The notes beneath the pieces are model-generated. The model was not told where the DNA came from. It ran no database searches and saw only the letters and a list, made by a program, of their open reading frames with translations. The position numbers were made by a program, and so were the translations under genes. From assembly GCF_006345805.1 (NCBI RefSeq), contig NC_043000.1:63302001-63366000 (forward strand): a stretch of 64,000 nucleotides of DNA, in the 5' to 3' direction. Of this stretch, positions 38,097 to 52,363 are shown piece by piece; within the stretch, counting starts at the first letter, position 1, and each line of letters starts with the position of its first letter. Source of the DNA: Octopus sinensis. Lineage: Eukaryota.

Positions 38097-39750
38097 TCTT
38101 GCTATAACATAATTATTAAAAGGGTAATAATTAATTTGATGATCCTTTATGAAATCAATCAGTAACAATGTCCCCATCTAGAGGCATATTTCTGTTGAAA
38201 TATGTTGTCTTTGCTTCAATAAATTTTGAAAATAATGAAAGAATTTAAGTAAAATAACCTCTTCATTATGAAGCTTGTGTTTAAAACAAAAATTCACTTC
38301 AAATTTTGAGTGCGGGTTTTAAATTAGATAATTTTAAAGCAGAAAATTTGTATCACAGAACTAGAGAAGGTCTCTGATAGGTCAGTATGGAATGGGTTAA
38401 TCATTTTAGTGCTTATACATGTGAAAGCATTGCACTTGCTCTGAAAACCATGAACCTAGATTGAAAAGTTTATTGAAAAAAAAGAAGATATGAGTGAGTA
38501 TGTGTGTGTATGGGGCAGGAGTGCTAACAGATTCTAGGAAATATGTAACAAGTTTTGCTGGCTTATACAATCCCTATTTCTAAATCTAACCTACAGCAAA
38601 TTGTAGAAAACCTATGGTAAGTTAGACTATCTGGTAAGGTTCCATGCATGCATATAATTAGTAGGAAAAATAAATAAATAAATAGAAGAGAGGAGAGGAT
38701 AAACAGAGAAATATCTATAAATACTCTCAACAACTCAGTTCCTGTACAGACTATGATGTTCTAAAAGTAAGAAAAGAATTCGGTGATCTTCTGTAGATAA
38801 TTGCATCCCAGAGAATTAAGTTCATTCATTAAAACAGCTGAAACGTTAAACTTGCCCTATATCTAAAAAAATTTCACTTAAATTAGCTTCCTTGCATATG
38901 AAGCAAAATGAAAATGTCCTAATGGTATTGTTACAGCAAACATTTAACAGAACAGCAATAGCCATTAGCTACTTTAACAAAAGCCAAATTGACCTATAAA
39001 CATTAAAAGTAAAGCAAATTTTAGTCCAAGAAACTTTGCCTTTATTTCAATGCCAGTAAATTCTATTTACTACTTGCTATAACCAGCAAACTGAACAAAA
39101 TTTGTGCAGAATAAGCCATTCTTTCCAATACAATGCACTGTCATCAATGCAGCAACAAAGTATCTTTTATCTTTTATTTGTTTCAGTCAATGAGTTGCGA
39201 CTATGCCGCAACATTACCCTTAAGGGTTTATTCAAACAAACTACCCCCAGTACTTATTTGTTTTTAAACTTGGTACTTACTTTATCATTCTCTTTTGCTG
39301 AACAGTTAAGTTATAGGGACACGAACAAGCCAACAAGTGGAGTCAAGTAGTGGTGGAAGGCAGAAACAAATACATATAAACATATATAATATATATAGGT
39401 GCAGGCATGACTGTGTAATAAGGAGTTTGCTTCACAACTACATGGTTCTGGGGTCAGTCCCACTGTGTGGCACCTTAGGAAGATGTCTTCTACGATAGCC
39501 TAGGGCTAACCAAAGCCTTATGAGTAGATTTGGTAGTTAGAAACTGAAAGAAGCTTGTATATATATATATATATATACACACACATATATATATTTGTGT
39601 GTCTGTGTTTGTGCCTCCCACCACCATCGCTTGACAACAAATGCTGATGTGTTTATAGCGACATAACTTAGCAGTTTGGCAAAAAGACTGTTAGAATAAA
39701 GCCTTATGGGTGCATTTGGTAAACAGAAACTGAAAGAAGCCCATCGTGTA

Positions 39751-39802
<52 letters not shown>

Positions 39803-42800
39803 TATGTGTGTGTGTGTGTCTTTGTGTCTGCCCCCCCCCCCCCCCGCTTCACAACCAGTGTTGGTGTGTTTACTTCCCTGTAATTTAATACTTCGGCAAA
39901 AGAGACCGATAGAAGATGTACTAGGCTTTAAAAAAATAAGTCCTGAGGTCAATTTGTTTGACTAAAACCCTTCAAGGCAGTACTCCAGCATGGCCATGGT
40001 CAAATGACTGAAACAGGTAAAAGAATATATATATGCACACACACACAAAACAGGCTTCTTTCAGTTTGTCTACCAAATTCACTCAGAAAGCTTTGATCAG
40101 CCCTGGGCTACAGCAGAAGATACTTGCACAAGTGTTGCACAGAGGGATTAAACTCAAGGCTGCATGTTGGTTTAAGCAAGCTTCTTAATCACACAGTCAT
40201 ATTTGTAACATGAATACGATTAAAACAGATTTCATTTTGCTGTAAAATAATTACAGAAGCTTAACCCCAAAGCTAACTTGCATTTTGGTAGAAGGGTAGC
40301 AACCATATGATTTGTTGGAGACAGTACATAACTACTACTAATAAATAAAATGTGTGTTTGTGAATGTATTTGTAAATGTGCATGAATATTGATATTCTAC
40401 ACCTGTCACCACTTAGGCAAGATGCTGAAGTAGACATTCCTTGTGTACATTATGACCTTTCTATGCCCCCTACCACCTACCCACCATTGCTTGACAACCA
40501 ATGCTGGTGTATTTACGTCCCTGTAACTTAGAAGTTTGGCAAAAAAGAGCAATAGAATAAGTACCAGGCTTCAAAAAAAAAAAAGTACTGGTGTCAATTC
40601 ATTCAGCTAAAAATTCTTCAAGGAGGTACCCAAGTACATTGAATTGGATAAAGACACTGAAGTCATATAACCAGAATAGAATTATCTATACAAATATTCA
40701 GAAAAGGCTGAATCTCATAGAAATGAAAAAAGTTTTTGAAAGATTTTTAGAGTAGAGTCAGATTAACATTAAAAGCGTTAGGAAAAATATTTTATGCCTA
40801 AAAAAGGAGCAGCTGACCACTACAAACAAGAGAAAATAGCATCTATAAGAACAATGATGTTTTCTATAAATGAAACTGCCCTTGTAACAAATACACATGA
40901 CATTTGCAGGTGTAGCTAGCTTTTATAAGTGAACCTATTTTTGTGATGACACCAGCTGGTATATACAATAAGTGCACTGCACTGATACAAGATCAGTTGA
41001 GCTTCACAAGTGCAACTGGATTTTAAAAGTGTATGGAGCTTTTACAGCAAAAGCAACTGATAGAATAGGTACCAGGTTAACAAAGAATAAGTCCTGCTGT
41101 TGATTTCTTCAGCTAGAAACTTTTTAAGGCAGTGCTCCAGCATGGCTGCAGTCAAATGACTGAAACAAGTAAAAGAATAAGGCCTTTATGAAAAAACGGA
41201 GACCTTTACAAGAAATACAGGTAGGAGTTGGTGACAGGAACAGCAACCAGCCTTAAGACTCTCCTCAAATAACCACCCACCCACCCACCCACCATACAAC
41301 CCATGTCAGCAAGGAAAATATGAACATCAAATAAGCAAGTGAATGAATGCTATGATGTAAGCATATCTGTTATAAGCACATACAGTCAGTTTCACACACT
41401 GAACTGTTTAGAATAATTTCAATATGCATTGCATCAGAAAATATATTTCTGACTGACTTTATTTCAGTGAATGTGAGAGCATGACATCAATGATATTTTC
41501 TATTACATAACTCTTCAAATTCAAGTATATCTATTATTTATAGAACCATTTTAATCAAACTTGATTCTATTTCTATCCCTAACTATTCTATTATAAATTA
41601 GAATTAATAATAACCTGTGTTTTTAAATAATTAACTTCATCTATATGTCCTCAATATTATTATTTTTTTAACTAGTCTGAGGTAAGATCTGCAATAAATT
41701 TTTCATGTATCACAAACAGAATGCTGAAATTTCTAATGTATCTCAATATTAAAAAATAATCTATATCTGAATGGTAATAACTAACTATATATGTTAATAC
41801 TACTGCTGCAGAGATGAAAAGAATATTATATTTGTTAGAAGAGATAAGTCAGAGAGAAATGAAAGAATATATTTAAAGAGGAGATGAGCAAACAAGCTAG
41901 AGAGAGAGAAGCAGCTTTGATGTATGCCTCTTTCATTGAATAGAATTCTATATACACAAAAGAAAGAAAAAGGGATAAAAGTGCTTCCTACTTGTAACGT
42001 CATATTAGCTTAATCAAATGTGACATTGCAGAATCTTTGTCACCAGTGGATGTATATTAAGAAAATTATTACTGTACTATGTATATATTGACAAATAAGC
42101 ACAGTTCAAGATGTCACCAGAAAAACAATAAATGGAAAATTTAATAAAAACTATTTCATTATTTGATTATTCTTAATTCACCGCTCTTATAGTAAATGCT
42201 GTTGTGCATTATTTATATAGTACACATTATCAAAGGGAAATAACTCTGGTAAGCTTGGAGTTAATTCCCTTAACACACATACACATGCATGTATTCTGTA
42301 TCAATACATCTGATTCCCATTATAGAGATGCCTTTTCAAAGAAGAAGATTAACAAGGGAATGATAGAAAAAGGTGGTGACAGGATTATATCAAGAACAGT
42401 TAGAACAAGAGAAACAAAAAGACAAAGATATTCCAGAGCCTCATAAGACAGAGCAGATGCAATAAAAATGCAATCAACAAGAGGAGTGTAAATTTGAGGG
42501 AACAAGTATCACTGAGATATTGAAATTTAGATGTGGAAGAAACAAATTTAAAGAAGTCATTTATGAGAAACTAAAAAAGTATCATGAAGAATTCTACAAG
42601 AAACTATAGCAGAAGCTATAAGAAATACAAAACATAAATTCATTACATAAGAGCAAAGATATTTATTTGTGCTTAAAAATACACATAGTTTTCTATATTT
42701 TAATTTTACTTTATCATTTTTAATAATTATAATTTCCATCATTATTGACAGAATGAATACTCTCTGGGAAGAACAGAACCAAAGCCTTAATTGCAATATC

Positions 42801-45413
42801 AGAGACAGTGAAGAGATGTTCCAGCTGAATCTGGTTGAAGAGAAATAAAAATGACTTCCATACCATTTAAAGGAATATTTTTGTGTTTTAATGCTAACTA
42901 GCTTAAAATCTGCACTCTGTTAGGTCCTGTAGAGGGCTAATTTGACCTGCAGCCTAAAAATAAGGAGAGCTATATAGCATGACTACAATACATCTATAAT
43001 GACGATATGCCCTGGTGGTGTTTGATTAGAGGTTAAGGACAGATGAGAATTAATTCTGTGATGCAATCATTTTATTGTTCCAGTCCCAAGTTGAATTCCA
43101 ACTGTTGACCCATAGTTCTTATCTCGATATAAAATTGATGAAGCGAATGTCATTTATGTTCCCCTTGATCTCTGACATCATCTAACAAATGCCAACCAAG
43201 ATAGCATGAATCAGCCAAGCTTTACCTGCTAGAAGTAGCAACCCAAATGTTTTTAAATCAGATCCCAGTACTGGATGATCAAGAACCAAATGAACGGCAA
43301 ATTTTCAATCCCAGGATCATTATGATTCCAAAAAGGTATAATATGTCTAAGTAGAGCAAATGTAGACTGAGATAGAGGGGTCCCAGACAGACAGAATTTC
43401 ACTTTTATTATAACAGATGGGAGTAACACTGAATGAGTCATTGTGATAGCATTGGCGTTTCACTATCATGATAACCAATGTTATTTCTTCTATAAGTACA
43501 GGTTTGAAAAGCTGAGTCAAAGGAGAGGAGTTACAAGTAGATGAAATCTCCAGGCAGTTTAAATACACAAACCTACAATAACCAAGTGACTAAAAAATGT
43601 CAGTCAGCAGATAGTCACCCAGGAGTCATGACCTGGATACAACTAACCCCTGCCCCCACCGAGAGTGTAACAAGTTAAGGGCCAAAATACTTGACTGAGG
43701 TTGAGGAGGGGGGTTCTTTTTTGAAGACTTTCTGCTGTTCAGCTCTCTTGAGAGTTTCTTACCACTATAAAAGGATCATTATAGAATTAGTGTGTTCATG
43801 TACCCAAGAGTGTTCAGTAGATCTTAGAACAATACAGATAACAGGGAAAGCCATTAAGCTGTTAATATAAGGAAGGGGAAACAGATATGGCTGCAATAAA
43901 AGTCTTTCAGATCCTGTTGACTGGTATGCTCACACTTTTCCCCATTCCAAAGCTCTTAATGACATAGGCCCAGCTATTATTAGTCTATCAGGATGTGACC
44001 CTCTCTTCTGATAGGCCCAACCAATTGCAGTTGTTTCCTTTTGTAGTTAAATGCTTATCTTAAGAAAGCATGGTAAGAAGGATTTGATATGACAGATAGA
44101 TGAAATGTAGGAGGAGGGAGGGAGAAAGAAAGAAAGAATGAAAACAAAAGCTGCTAACAGAGTGAAGTAAGATTTAAAATGTTAGATCAGATAGTAGTTT
44201 ATTTTTCCTTAACAGGAATTTAATTTTAACATGTAAACTATAAGACAATTTCCTGTTAATTCAATACACACTACTAATTCAATAAATATCAACAGAGGAA
44301 AAAACAAGTTAAAAGCAATAATACAACTGCCATCAGGAAGAGAGGCCTTCAACAGCCATAACTTCAATTGAACATGCTTTGACATTCATACTGCTGTAAC
44401 TACACTTTTCTATTTAAAACAGTAACTGAGATGGCCAGGTAAGTATTCCTGAACCATGCAAGCATGAAACAATAGTTATTGAATCAACCGATGACAGTGA
44501 TGATTGCTGATTAAATAGTTAAATATAGGCACAGGCATGGCATAGGCATGTCTGTGTGGTAAAAAGCTTGTTTCCTGACCACATGGATCTGGCCAATGTT
44601 TTCTACTATAGCCTCAGACTGACCAAAGCCTTCTCAGTGGATTTGGTACAAGGAAACTGAAAGAAGCCTGTAAATATATATATATATATATATCTATACA
44701 ATATGTTACATTACTCGGTAGTCAAGATAAAACTCTGAGTTTCAGATGCCGAAGTGGAAATCCACAACACCATCTCTTCGGTTATCTGGCTATTTGAAAA
44801 CGTTATGAAAAAATACCGTTAAAAATGAAGGGAAATTACTCTGTTATAACTCTGCTTTGCCTGCGTACTTATACATCGCTCGCATTTTTCGTCATAAAAA
44901 TTATATAAAAATACATAAAAATATATAAAAATATATAAAATCTTCTTGGGACATAACACAGAAAGCATGTTCTATCCGTTTTCTTTAGGGGACCAAAAAC
45001 GTAACAGAAATTTAGTCACATGTGGTAGGGTCTAAGCTGCTTTTCCAGATAAGCCATCTCTCCATGTCGCATAAACCGCACCTTCCGCTGCCGTTAGTAT
45101 AGGGCTTACATCTGGCCAAAATCTTCCATTGTATGTTATAATCGACACCTTTATCTCTTAAAGACCAAATATGATTGGATAATTGTGTCGCTTTTCTTTT
45201 GTTCCAGTGCCTAAAGCTCAAAGTGTGGTTATTGAACCTGGCCTTGAAATTACCCTCTGTCAGGCCCACGTATTTCTTCGTCGAAACGGTGTCTTTAGTG
45301 GTTATAGAGTTTACGGTAGCTTCATATATGATGGTCTTGGACATGCAAGCTCCATATGCTATCGGATATTTTTGACACAGAAGCGAACACCAAGGAAAAC
45401 ATTTGCTATCGGA

Positions 45414-45801
45414 TACCGTAAACTCTATAACCACTAAAGACACCGTTTCGACGAAGAAATACGTGGGCCTGACAGAGGGTAATTTCAAGGCCAGGTTCAA
45501 TAACCACACTTTGAGCTTTAGGCACTGGAACAAAAGAAAAGCGACACAATTATCCAATCATATTTGGTCTTTAAGAGATAAAGGTGTCGATTATAACATA
45601 CAATGGAAGATTTTGGCCAGATGTAAGCCCTATACTAACGGCAGCGGAAGGTGCGGTTTATGCGACATGGAGAGATGGCTTATCTGGAAAAGCAGCTTAG
45701 ACCCTACCACATGTCTAAATACAAGGACAGAGCTTTTCGGATCATGCCCACATGTGACTAAATTTCTGTTACGTTTTTGGTCCCCTAAAGAAAATGGATA
45801 G
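45414..45801 (+). pseudogene. GIY-YIG endonuclease C-terminal fragment of a PLE ORF
   Basis: KKYVGLTEGNFKARFNNHTLSF...TQLSNHIWSL...IQWKIL...CGLCDMER...LNTRTELFGSCPH. The first motif (GACMSKTIIYEATV) is retained on the minus-strand arm at ~45352-45311. Confidence 0.9.
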
Positions 45802-45995
45802 AACATGCTTTCTGTGTTATGTCCCAAGAAGATTTTATATATTTTTATATATTTTTATATATTTTTATGTATTTTTATATAATTTTTATGACGAAAAATG
45901 CGAGCGATGTATAAGTACGCAGGCAAAGCAGAGTTATAACAGAGTAATTTCCCTTCATTTTTAACGGTATTTTTTCATAACGTTTTCAAATAGCC

Positions 45996-46058
45996 AGATA
46001 ACCGAAGAGATGGTGTTGTGGATTTCCACTTCGGCATCTGAAACTCAGAGTTTTATCT
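45996..46058 (+). ncRNA. Type I hammerhead motif in PLE 3' UTR (family B); mirror copy at 44787-44725 (-)
   Basis: AGATAA-CCGAAGA-GATG..CATC-T-GAAA-CTCAGAG-TT-TTATCT: stem I AGATAA/TTATCT, near-palindromic stem III, GUU site; U4>C variant. Confidence 0.65.
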
Positions 46059-46154
46059 TGACTACCGAGTAATGTAACATATTGTATAGATAAATTTCCT
46101 CTATTTACATAATATTGAGGTCTCTTTCTTTCTTTTGTTATCTTACCGTTTTAT

Positions 46155-46195
<41 letters not shown>

Positions 46196-46941
46196 GTACA
46201 TATGTACATTTATGTCTATATGTATATATATATATATTGGTATATAAAAAGGAGGAGCACTCCGTCAGTTACTATGACAAGGGTCCCAACTGATACAACC
46301 AATGGAAAAGCTTGCTCGTGAAATTAATATGCAAGTAACTGAGAATTCGTAGACACATGTACCCTTGACTTGGTTCTCAAGGCGATTCAGCGTGACACAG
46401 AGTGTCACAAGTCTGACCCTTTGAAATACAGGTACTACTCATTTTTGTTATCTGAGTGGACTGGAGCAACGTGAAATAAAGTATCTTGTTCAAAAACATA
46501 ATGCGTCACCCGGGGCACCATTTTCTATATGTCTCTCTCTCTCTCTCTCATTGTTCACAAGTGACCATTGTCCATCTTTCTTTTCCTTATGTGATCATCT
46601 TTCTTTTCCTTCAGTGCTGTCATAGAGACTGCATGTATCCTATCTGCATATCACTTCTACCATTTCTCCAGCATCCGCTACTTTACTTCATCTGGTCTAA
46701 TGACCCTTCATGTTAGTTTTCATTTGGTTTCCTTGTATGACTCCACTGTCTTGTTTTAGTTTACAAACTTTAACCCTCCACAAACCCCAAATTTTATTTC
46801 TGTTTTATGAGAGCAAAATATTGCATTTCTAAATCTCTCAGAGAGACTTATACACTAGCAGCACAATAAAGTGATGGTTTGTTGCCAACTTAATGTGGCA
46901 GTCCCAAGAAAGAATACTACCAATATTTAGCCCCAGGAAGC

Positions 46942-47257
<316 letters not shown>

Positions 47258-47272
47258 TATGTATGCATATAT

Positions 47273-47528
47273 ATCTACTACATATGTGGAAAATCGGTGT
47301 GTGTTTATTTGTAGCATTGTTATCTAACTCCTCCTACATCATTTTGTTGATTTTGATGAAACTTGACACATGACTAGAACTCATACCTGGGAACCCCCTC
47401 CCCCCGCCCTCATAAATTCTAGAAGTTCCACTCCTTTTTGATTTTTTTTCTTTAAATTTGAGTTTAAAGTATGGAGAGTCTGAATTTTTTGGTTAAATCC
47501 CTGGGCCACCCTTGGGTGCATCATCATT
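47273..47528 (+). mobile_element. Helitron-like non-autonomous element (decayed)
   Basis: TCTACTACATAT start; GATTTTGATGAAACTTGACAC motif shared with the 35-kb Helitron; subterminal CCC...GGG hairpin. Confidence 0.5.
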
Positions 47529-48786
47529 CCATTAAATGTGTTTATGGAAAGAAAATTATTGAAAAGCATCAATATATGCCAGAGTGACAATGAAATAAGA
47601 AAGGTATAAAGTGGTCATGAGTTGTGCTAAAATTCGCATGTAAATCACACACACAGAAGAAAAATCATTTTCTTTTTTTCATTTTTATTTTTTACATTAT
47701 TGTATGAAATTCTGTGTATAGAAAACAAATTCACAAACGTTTTCTGAAAATTGCAAAAAGTAAAACAGTTATGAGGGATTATATGGGGTACTTAAACCAG
47801 AATTCCATTGAAAAGATCCTTCTATAGAAATAATAGCTGCTAGATGAGTTGGTTTCAGTTGCCAATTTTTAAGATACATCTTATGGATGCTCAGGGATGC
47901 ATCATCAGTGATGCTTCTGGGGTCTCAAAGGGTTTCAGGTCTTTCATCACCAGACTCTCTTGCCCAACTGACCCAGCCAGGGTTAATCAAGTCCTACCTT
48001 GCATCCTAGTAGCAGTAAAACACTGTTCTGCCCTCTTTATTCAAAGCCACCCACCTAGTGGCCTTCTCTGCAGCTCAAACATCTCATGAAATGCTGATTT
48101 CAAATGTTTACATAAGGCCAGTAATTTCGAGAGAGGATGTAATTCAATACCATAAAACCCCAGTGTTAAACTGGTACTTATTTTATTGACCCCGAAAGGA
48201 ATGAAAGGCAAAGGTAATGCCAACGGAATTTGAACTCAAAACACAAAGACAGACAAAAGTACCACTAAGCACTTTGCTTGGCATGCTAACGATTCTGCCA
48301 GCTCACCACCTTATATTACTAAAAAATATTGATTTCAAATTTTGGCACAAGACCAGCAATTTCAGGGAAGGGGATAAGTTGATTACATCATCCCCATTTT
48401 TCAGCCCCAAAAGGGATGAAAAGCGAAATTGAACTCAGTGGAACTTGAATTCAGAATGTGAAGATAGACAAAATACCACTAGCATTTTGCCTGCTAATGA
48501 TTCTGTCAGCTTGTTGCCTTCATCTCATGAAATATTGAAGAGTAACATTATTCATATCATCATTTCATGTGACATTAATTCCAGGAATTTATCATTTCAT
48601 CACAGGATTCATAAAATATAATCATTTTCCAAGTGTAGCAAGCAATGTAAATTGAAAGGTTAAAAAACAATTAGATCACACAGAATAGTACATACTCAAC
48701 TGATCATTACAAAATTGATAAGAAAAAAAAAATCAAAACTTTAGTGAGCATCAAATGTACTCTATGAAGTGAATGCCAACTGGATG

Positions 48787-49080
48787 TGGAGGCACATGGC
48801 CTTGTGGTTAAAGCAGTGGACTTGCAGTCGAGGGATCGCGGGTTCAAATCTCAGACCAGGCAATGTGTGTGTTTATGAGTGAAACACCTAAGCTCCACGC
48901 AGCTCCGACAGAAGGTAATGGCAAACTTCTGCTGGCTCTTTCTCTCATTCTTTCCTCCTGCATCTTGCAGCTCACCTGCAACGGACCAGCATCCCATCCA
49001 GATGGGGAACCTATACACCAAGGAAACTAGGAAACCAGCCCTTATGAGCCAGGTATGCCTCAAGAAGGAACAAACAAAAA
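48787..49080 (+). mobile_element. tRNA-derived SINE with V-like domain
   Basis: TGGCCTTGTGGTTAAAGC A box, GGTTCAAATC B box, CCTGCAACGGACCAGCATCCCATCCAG domain, ACAA tail. Confidence 0.7.
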
Positions 49081-49412
49081 ATGCCAACTGGGTAAAGAAG
49101 TGCCAAACAATCCATATAGAACAAACCAGAAGTAGATGGATTTCGAGGAAATCATGAGAAATGTGATAAAAGCTGATCACAGGAGGCTAAAGTACACAAG
49201 GAAGAGGACAATGGACAGCAGCAAATTACAAGACCTGTTCAACCTATGCAAGCATGGATAAATGGATGTATGATGATGATGAACATCATCATCCTTAAGA
49301 TGGTAATTATACTTTAGAAGTGAATTTAGTAAACAGAAACTGTATGGAAGCCTGTCAGGTGTGCATGTATACATACACATATATACATACATGCATATTT
49401 ACATACATACAT

Positions 49413-49461
<49 letters not shown>

Positions 49462-51087
49462 TACATACATAGACCTACTATGGTGAAATATGTAATTATA
49501 ATTAAGGGCATAGAAAAAATTGTTGCCTATATGCTGAAAAGGAAACACTAAATCATCCAACCACATTAAATATCAACACTATTATCATTACACACGTGTC
49601 AAAAATCAAGGGAACAAGCTAACGGAAATTCATAAAAATAGTTGTTTCTGGATTAACCTAAGGAGTTTTTTTCCTTGTCAGCAGAGAATACTGAGGAAAT
49701 AAATGAAATATATATATATTAGACAGACAGATTTATTACATCATGTGAGAAGAAAAGGGTTTTCCTCAGGTGAATATATACATGAATTAAACATTTTAAA
49801 AAAGCATTCCAACAAATCAAAGTATGTGCCTTTTCCTGATTTCCTGGCAAACTTCAGTCAAATGTTGTTTTGCACATGATAGCAATCTCACTGACCCGAC
49901 CTTGGTGCTTTACTATTTAAGGACCTGGTTTGCTTGAATCCTGAATTTAGCAGTTTGGCAAAAGAAACTAACAGAATAAGTACCAGACTTTTAAAAAAAT
50001 AAGTACCAGGGTCAATTTGTTTGACTAAACCATTCAAAACAGTATTCCTGCATGGTTACAGTCCAATGACTGAAACAAGTAGATGATAAAAGTTAAAGAT
50101 TAACAATAATAAATTCTTAACTGGTTATTAAATTAGCAAATCTATGTTATTTGCATTAAAGCTAATTAAAATCCTTAGATAAATGAGTGGTTGTAGCATA
50201 CTGAAAATCTTTGCCAAGTTATCTATATGAATACTGAATAATTTTACTGACATTTTACTTGGAAGAATATCTTCTTAAGTTATCTCTCACTAAACTTATA
50301 TCTAAAATGTCGAAAATGTCATTACTTGCTCCCCAAAACATTTCTTCATAGTTTATCCTAATTACTGAAGTTATTCAACCATTTATGTATTGGAACAGGA
50401 TTTTCCAAGCAAGGAAAGAAAAGAAGAAAAAAAACATCAATGATCAAGAAGGTAACAAAAAAATTATCAAAATTTAATCTGAGATTTTTTGGTACGACAC
50501 TTATCTAAACATTAGTTGGATAAATTTTGTTAAGTTTAAGTAACTACATTTCACAATTTTTGAAAAAGTAAATCAAAAATTTATTTTAAAATTACAACCA
50601 TTTGAAGATCAATAAAACTTAACACATTCAAATCAATTACAATTGATCAGGTTACATTGCTTCTTAACTATCATTCAATGATGTTTTATTTTTAGAACAC
50701 CTTTGAGGAGAATACAGAAGAGGAATGGGATATTATTATTTTTTTTTTATTTTTAATAAATTAATCTTCCTTTTATTTTAATAGCGCATTAAACATATCA
50801 ATTTGCTTTGTTATTTTTAACGAAAATGCAAAATCCTTAAATTCTCTATAAAATATAAGCAATATTGAGAGAGAACAGTTTAAGAGATAATCATCTCATT
50901 TGGCATTACTTCCTGAGCTGCAACAAACAATGAATACAACCACAAATATGAAATATATTCACACGCACATAGATATTTTATGCTTGTGTACAGAAAATAG
51001 TGCCAATCAAATACTGAGTCAATATAATTGACTGCTCTTTCTGATATTGTACCTATGTTAAATTTCATCATTATTATTATTATTATT

Positions 51088-51226
51088 TGGCGTTAGGAAG
51101 GGCATCCAGCTGTAGAAACACTGCCAGATCTGACTGGCCTGGTGCAGCCTTCGGGCTTGCCAGACCCCAGTTGAACCGTCCAACCCATGCTAGCATGGAA
51201 AGCGGACGTATGATGATGATGATGAT
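51088..51226 (+). mobile_element. RTE-type 3' tail fragment with (ATG)n
   Basis: Reverse complement of 8619-8765. Similar tails at 13988-14170 (-), 25790-26025 (+) and 59495-59690 (-). Confidence 0.7.
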
Positions 51227-51785
51227 TATTGTTAGTGGATCTGTTCATGATGTTTGCTTTTGGCATGTTCTTTTCTTTTTTGGTTATGCAGTTATTGGTT
51301 AAGACACAATTTTTATGAAAATGTCTTTGATGTATGCCTAACATACCTCTCAATACAGAAAGCTATCATACAGTCCACACATTTTTTGACATTGTGTGTG
51401 TGTGTGTGTACACAAATGCTACATACACTGGTCTTTTGCCCATCACTACTCCCTAAATTTAGTCTTAGTGGGTAAAAAAAATAGCTAAAGCAGTGGGAAA
51501 ACAAGTTGATAGGGAAAGCCATTTGTGTACTGATACATGTTCAAAATATATCCAGATGGATATGTTTTGTGAATTTAGATAATTTACAAATAATAAGAAA
51601 GAAAGGCAGTTCTTGAGTATAGAACATTAATTTTACTTTTGCCATTCTGCAATTAGTATCATTTTGTTTGGTGGCTGATGAAGGAAGTTATCTCTTGTTT
51701 TTTTCTTTCTAAAAGTTAGCCTGTAACCACCTTGTTTGCCAAAAGCTTGGATCATTTTGTATTATTGTTCATTTTGTTGCTGTTG

Positions 51786-52042
51786 TTAACCCTTTAACAT
51801 TTAGACGCGCTATGTCCAGCCAAAATATGCTACTTGTTTTATGTTCTGACTGGCCACATCTGGCCTGCCGCACTTACCCTACAATATTAAACCCTAACCC
51901 TCTAACTCTAACCCTAACCCTAAAAATAAACATTCACATCAGTGAAATTCCAAAGCTACAAGATAATACATGACTAATTCAAATCAATGTGAATAAATAA
52001 ACATTATACTTGACAGAGTAATCTAAATGCTAAAAGGGTTAG
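51786..52042 (+). mobile_element. TTAA MITE copy carrying internal (CCCTAA)n
   Basis: MITE termini present; telomere-type repeats at 51888-51923. Confidence 0.75.
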
Positions 52043-52301
52043 ACAAGCACGCACACATGCACACACATATACATTCAACTACATACATGTTATTTTCCTA
52101 TCATACAAAACACTTGATGAGTTTGCTAGTGCCATAGGCTTGAAAAAAAGCGCCTGTACACACTGCAAAGAGGTTGACATTAGGAAGGGCAGCCTGTTAT
52201 AGAAACCATGTCATTGTAGCTCAATGCTGCCCTGCAGATCACCAAATCTTGTTAAACTTCCCAACTCATACTAGCATGGAAAACAGACATGATGATGGTA
52301 A

Positions 52302-52363
<62 letters not shown>

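Larger units (their letters stand above)
44691..46158. mobile_element. Penelope-like element, 5'-truncated and inverted (1.4-kb palindrome) in the (TA)n of a SINE
   Basis: 44691-45318 is the reverse complement of 45414-46092, near-identical except for a 41-bp deletion; the right arm continues ~66 bp further. Confidence 0.92.

Noticed and set aside
42330-42850. Purine-rich stretch faintly resembling a PLE pre-GIY Cys motif (KCNQQEECKFEG)
   Set aside because: Too degraded to support by eye; needs an HMM search.
45012-45557. 181-aa minus-strand ORF, the longest in the window
   Set aside because: Artefact of the palindrome: antisense of the right arm read through the spacer into the PLE fragment.
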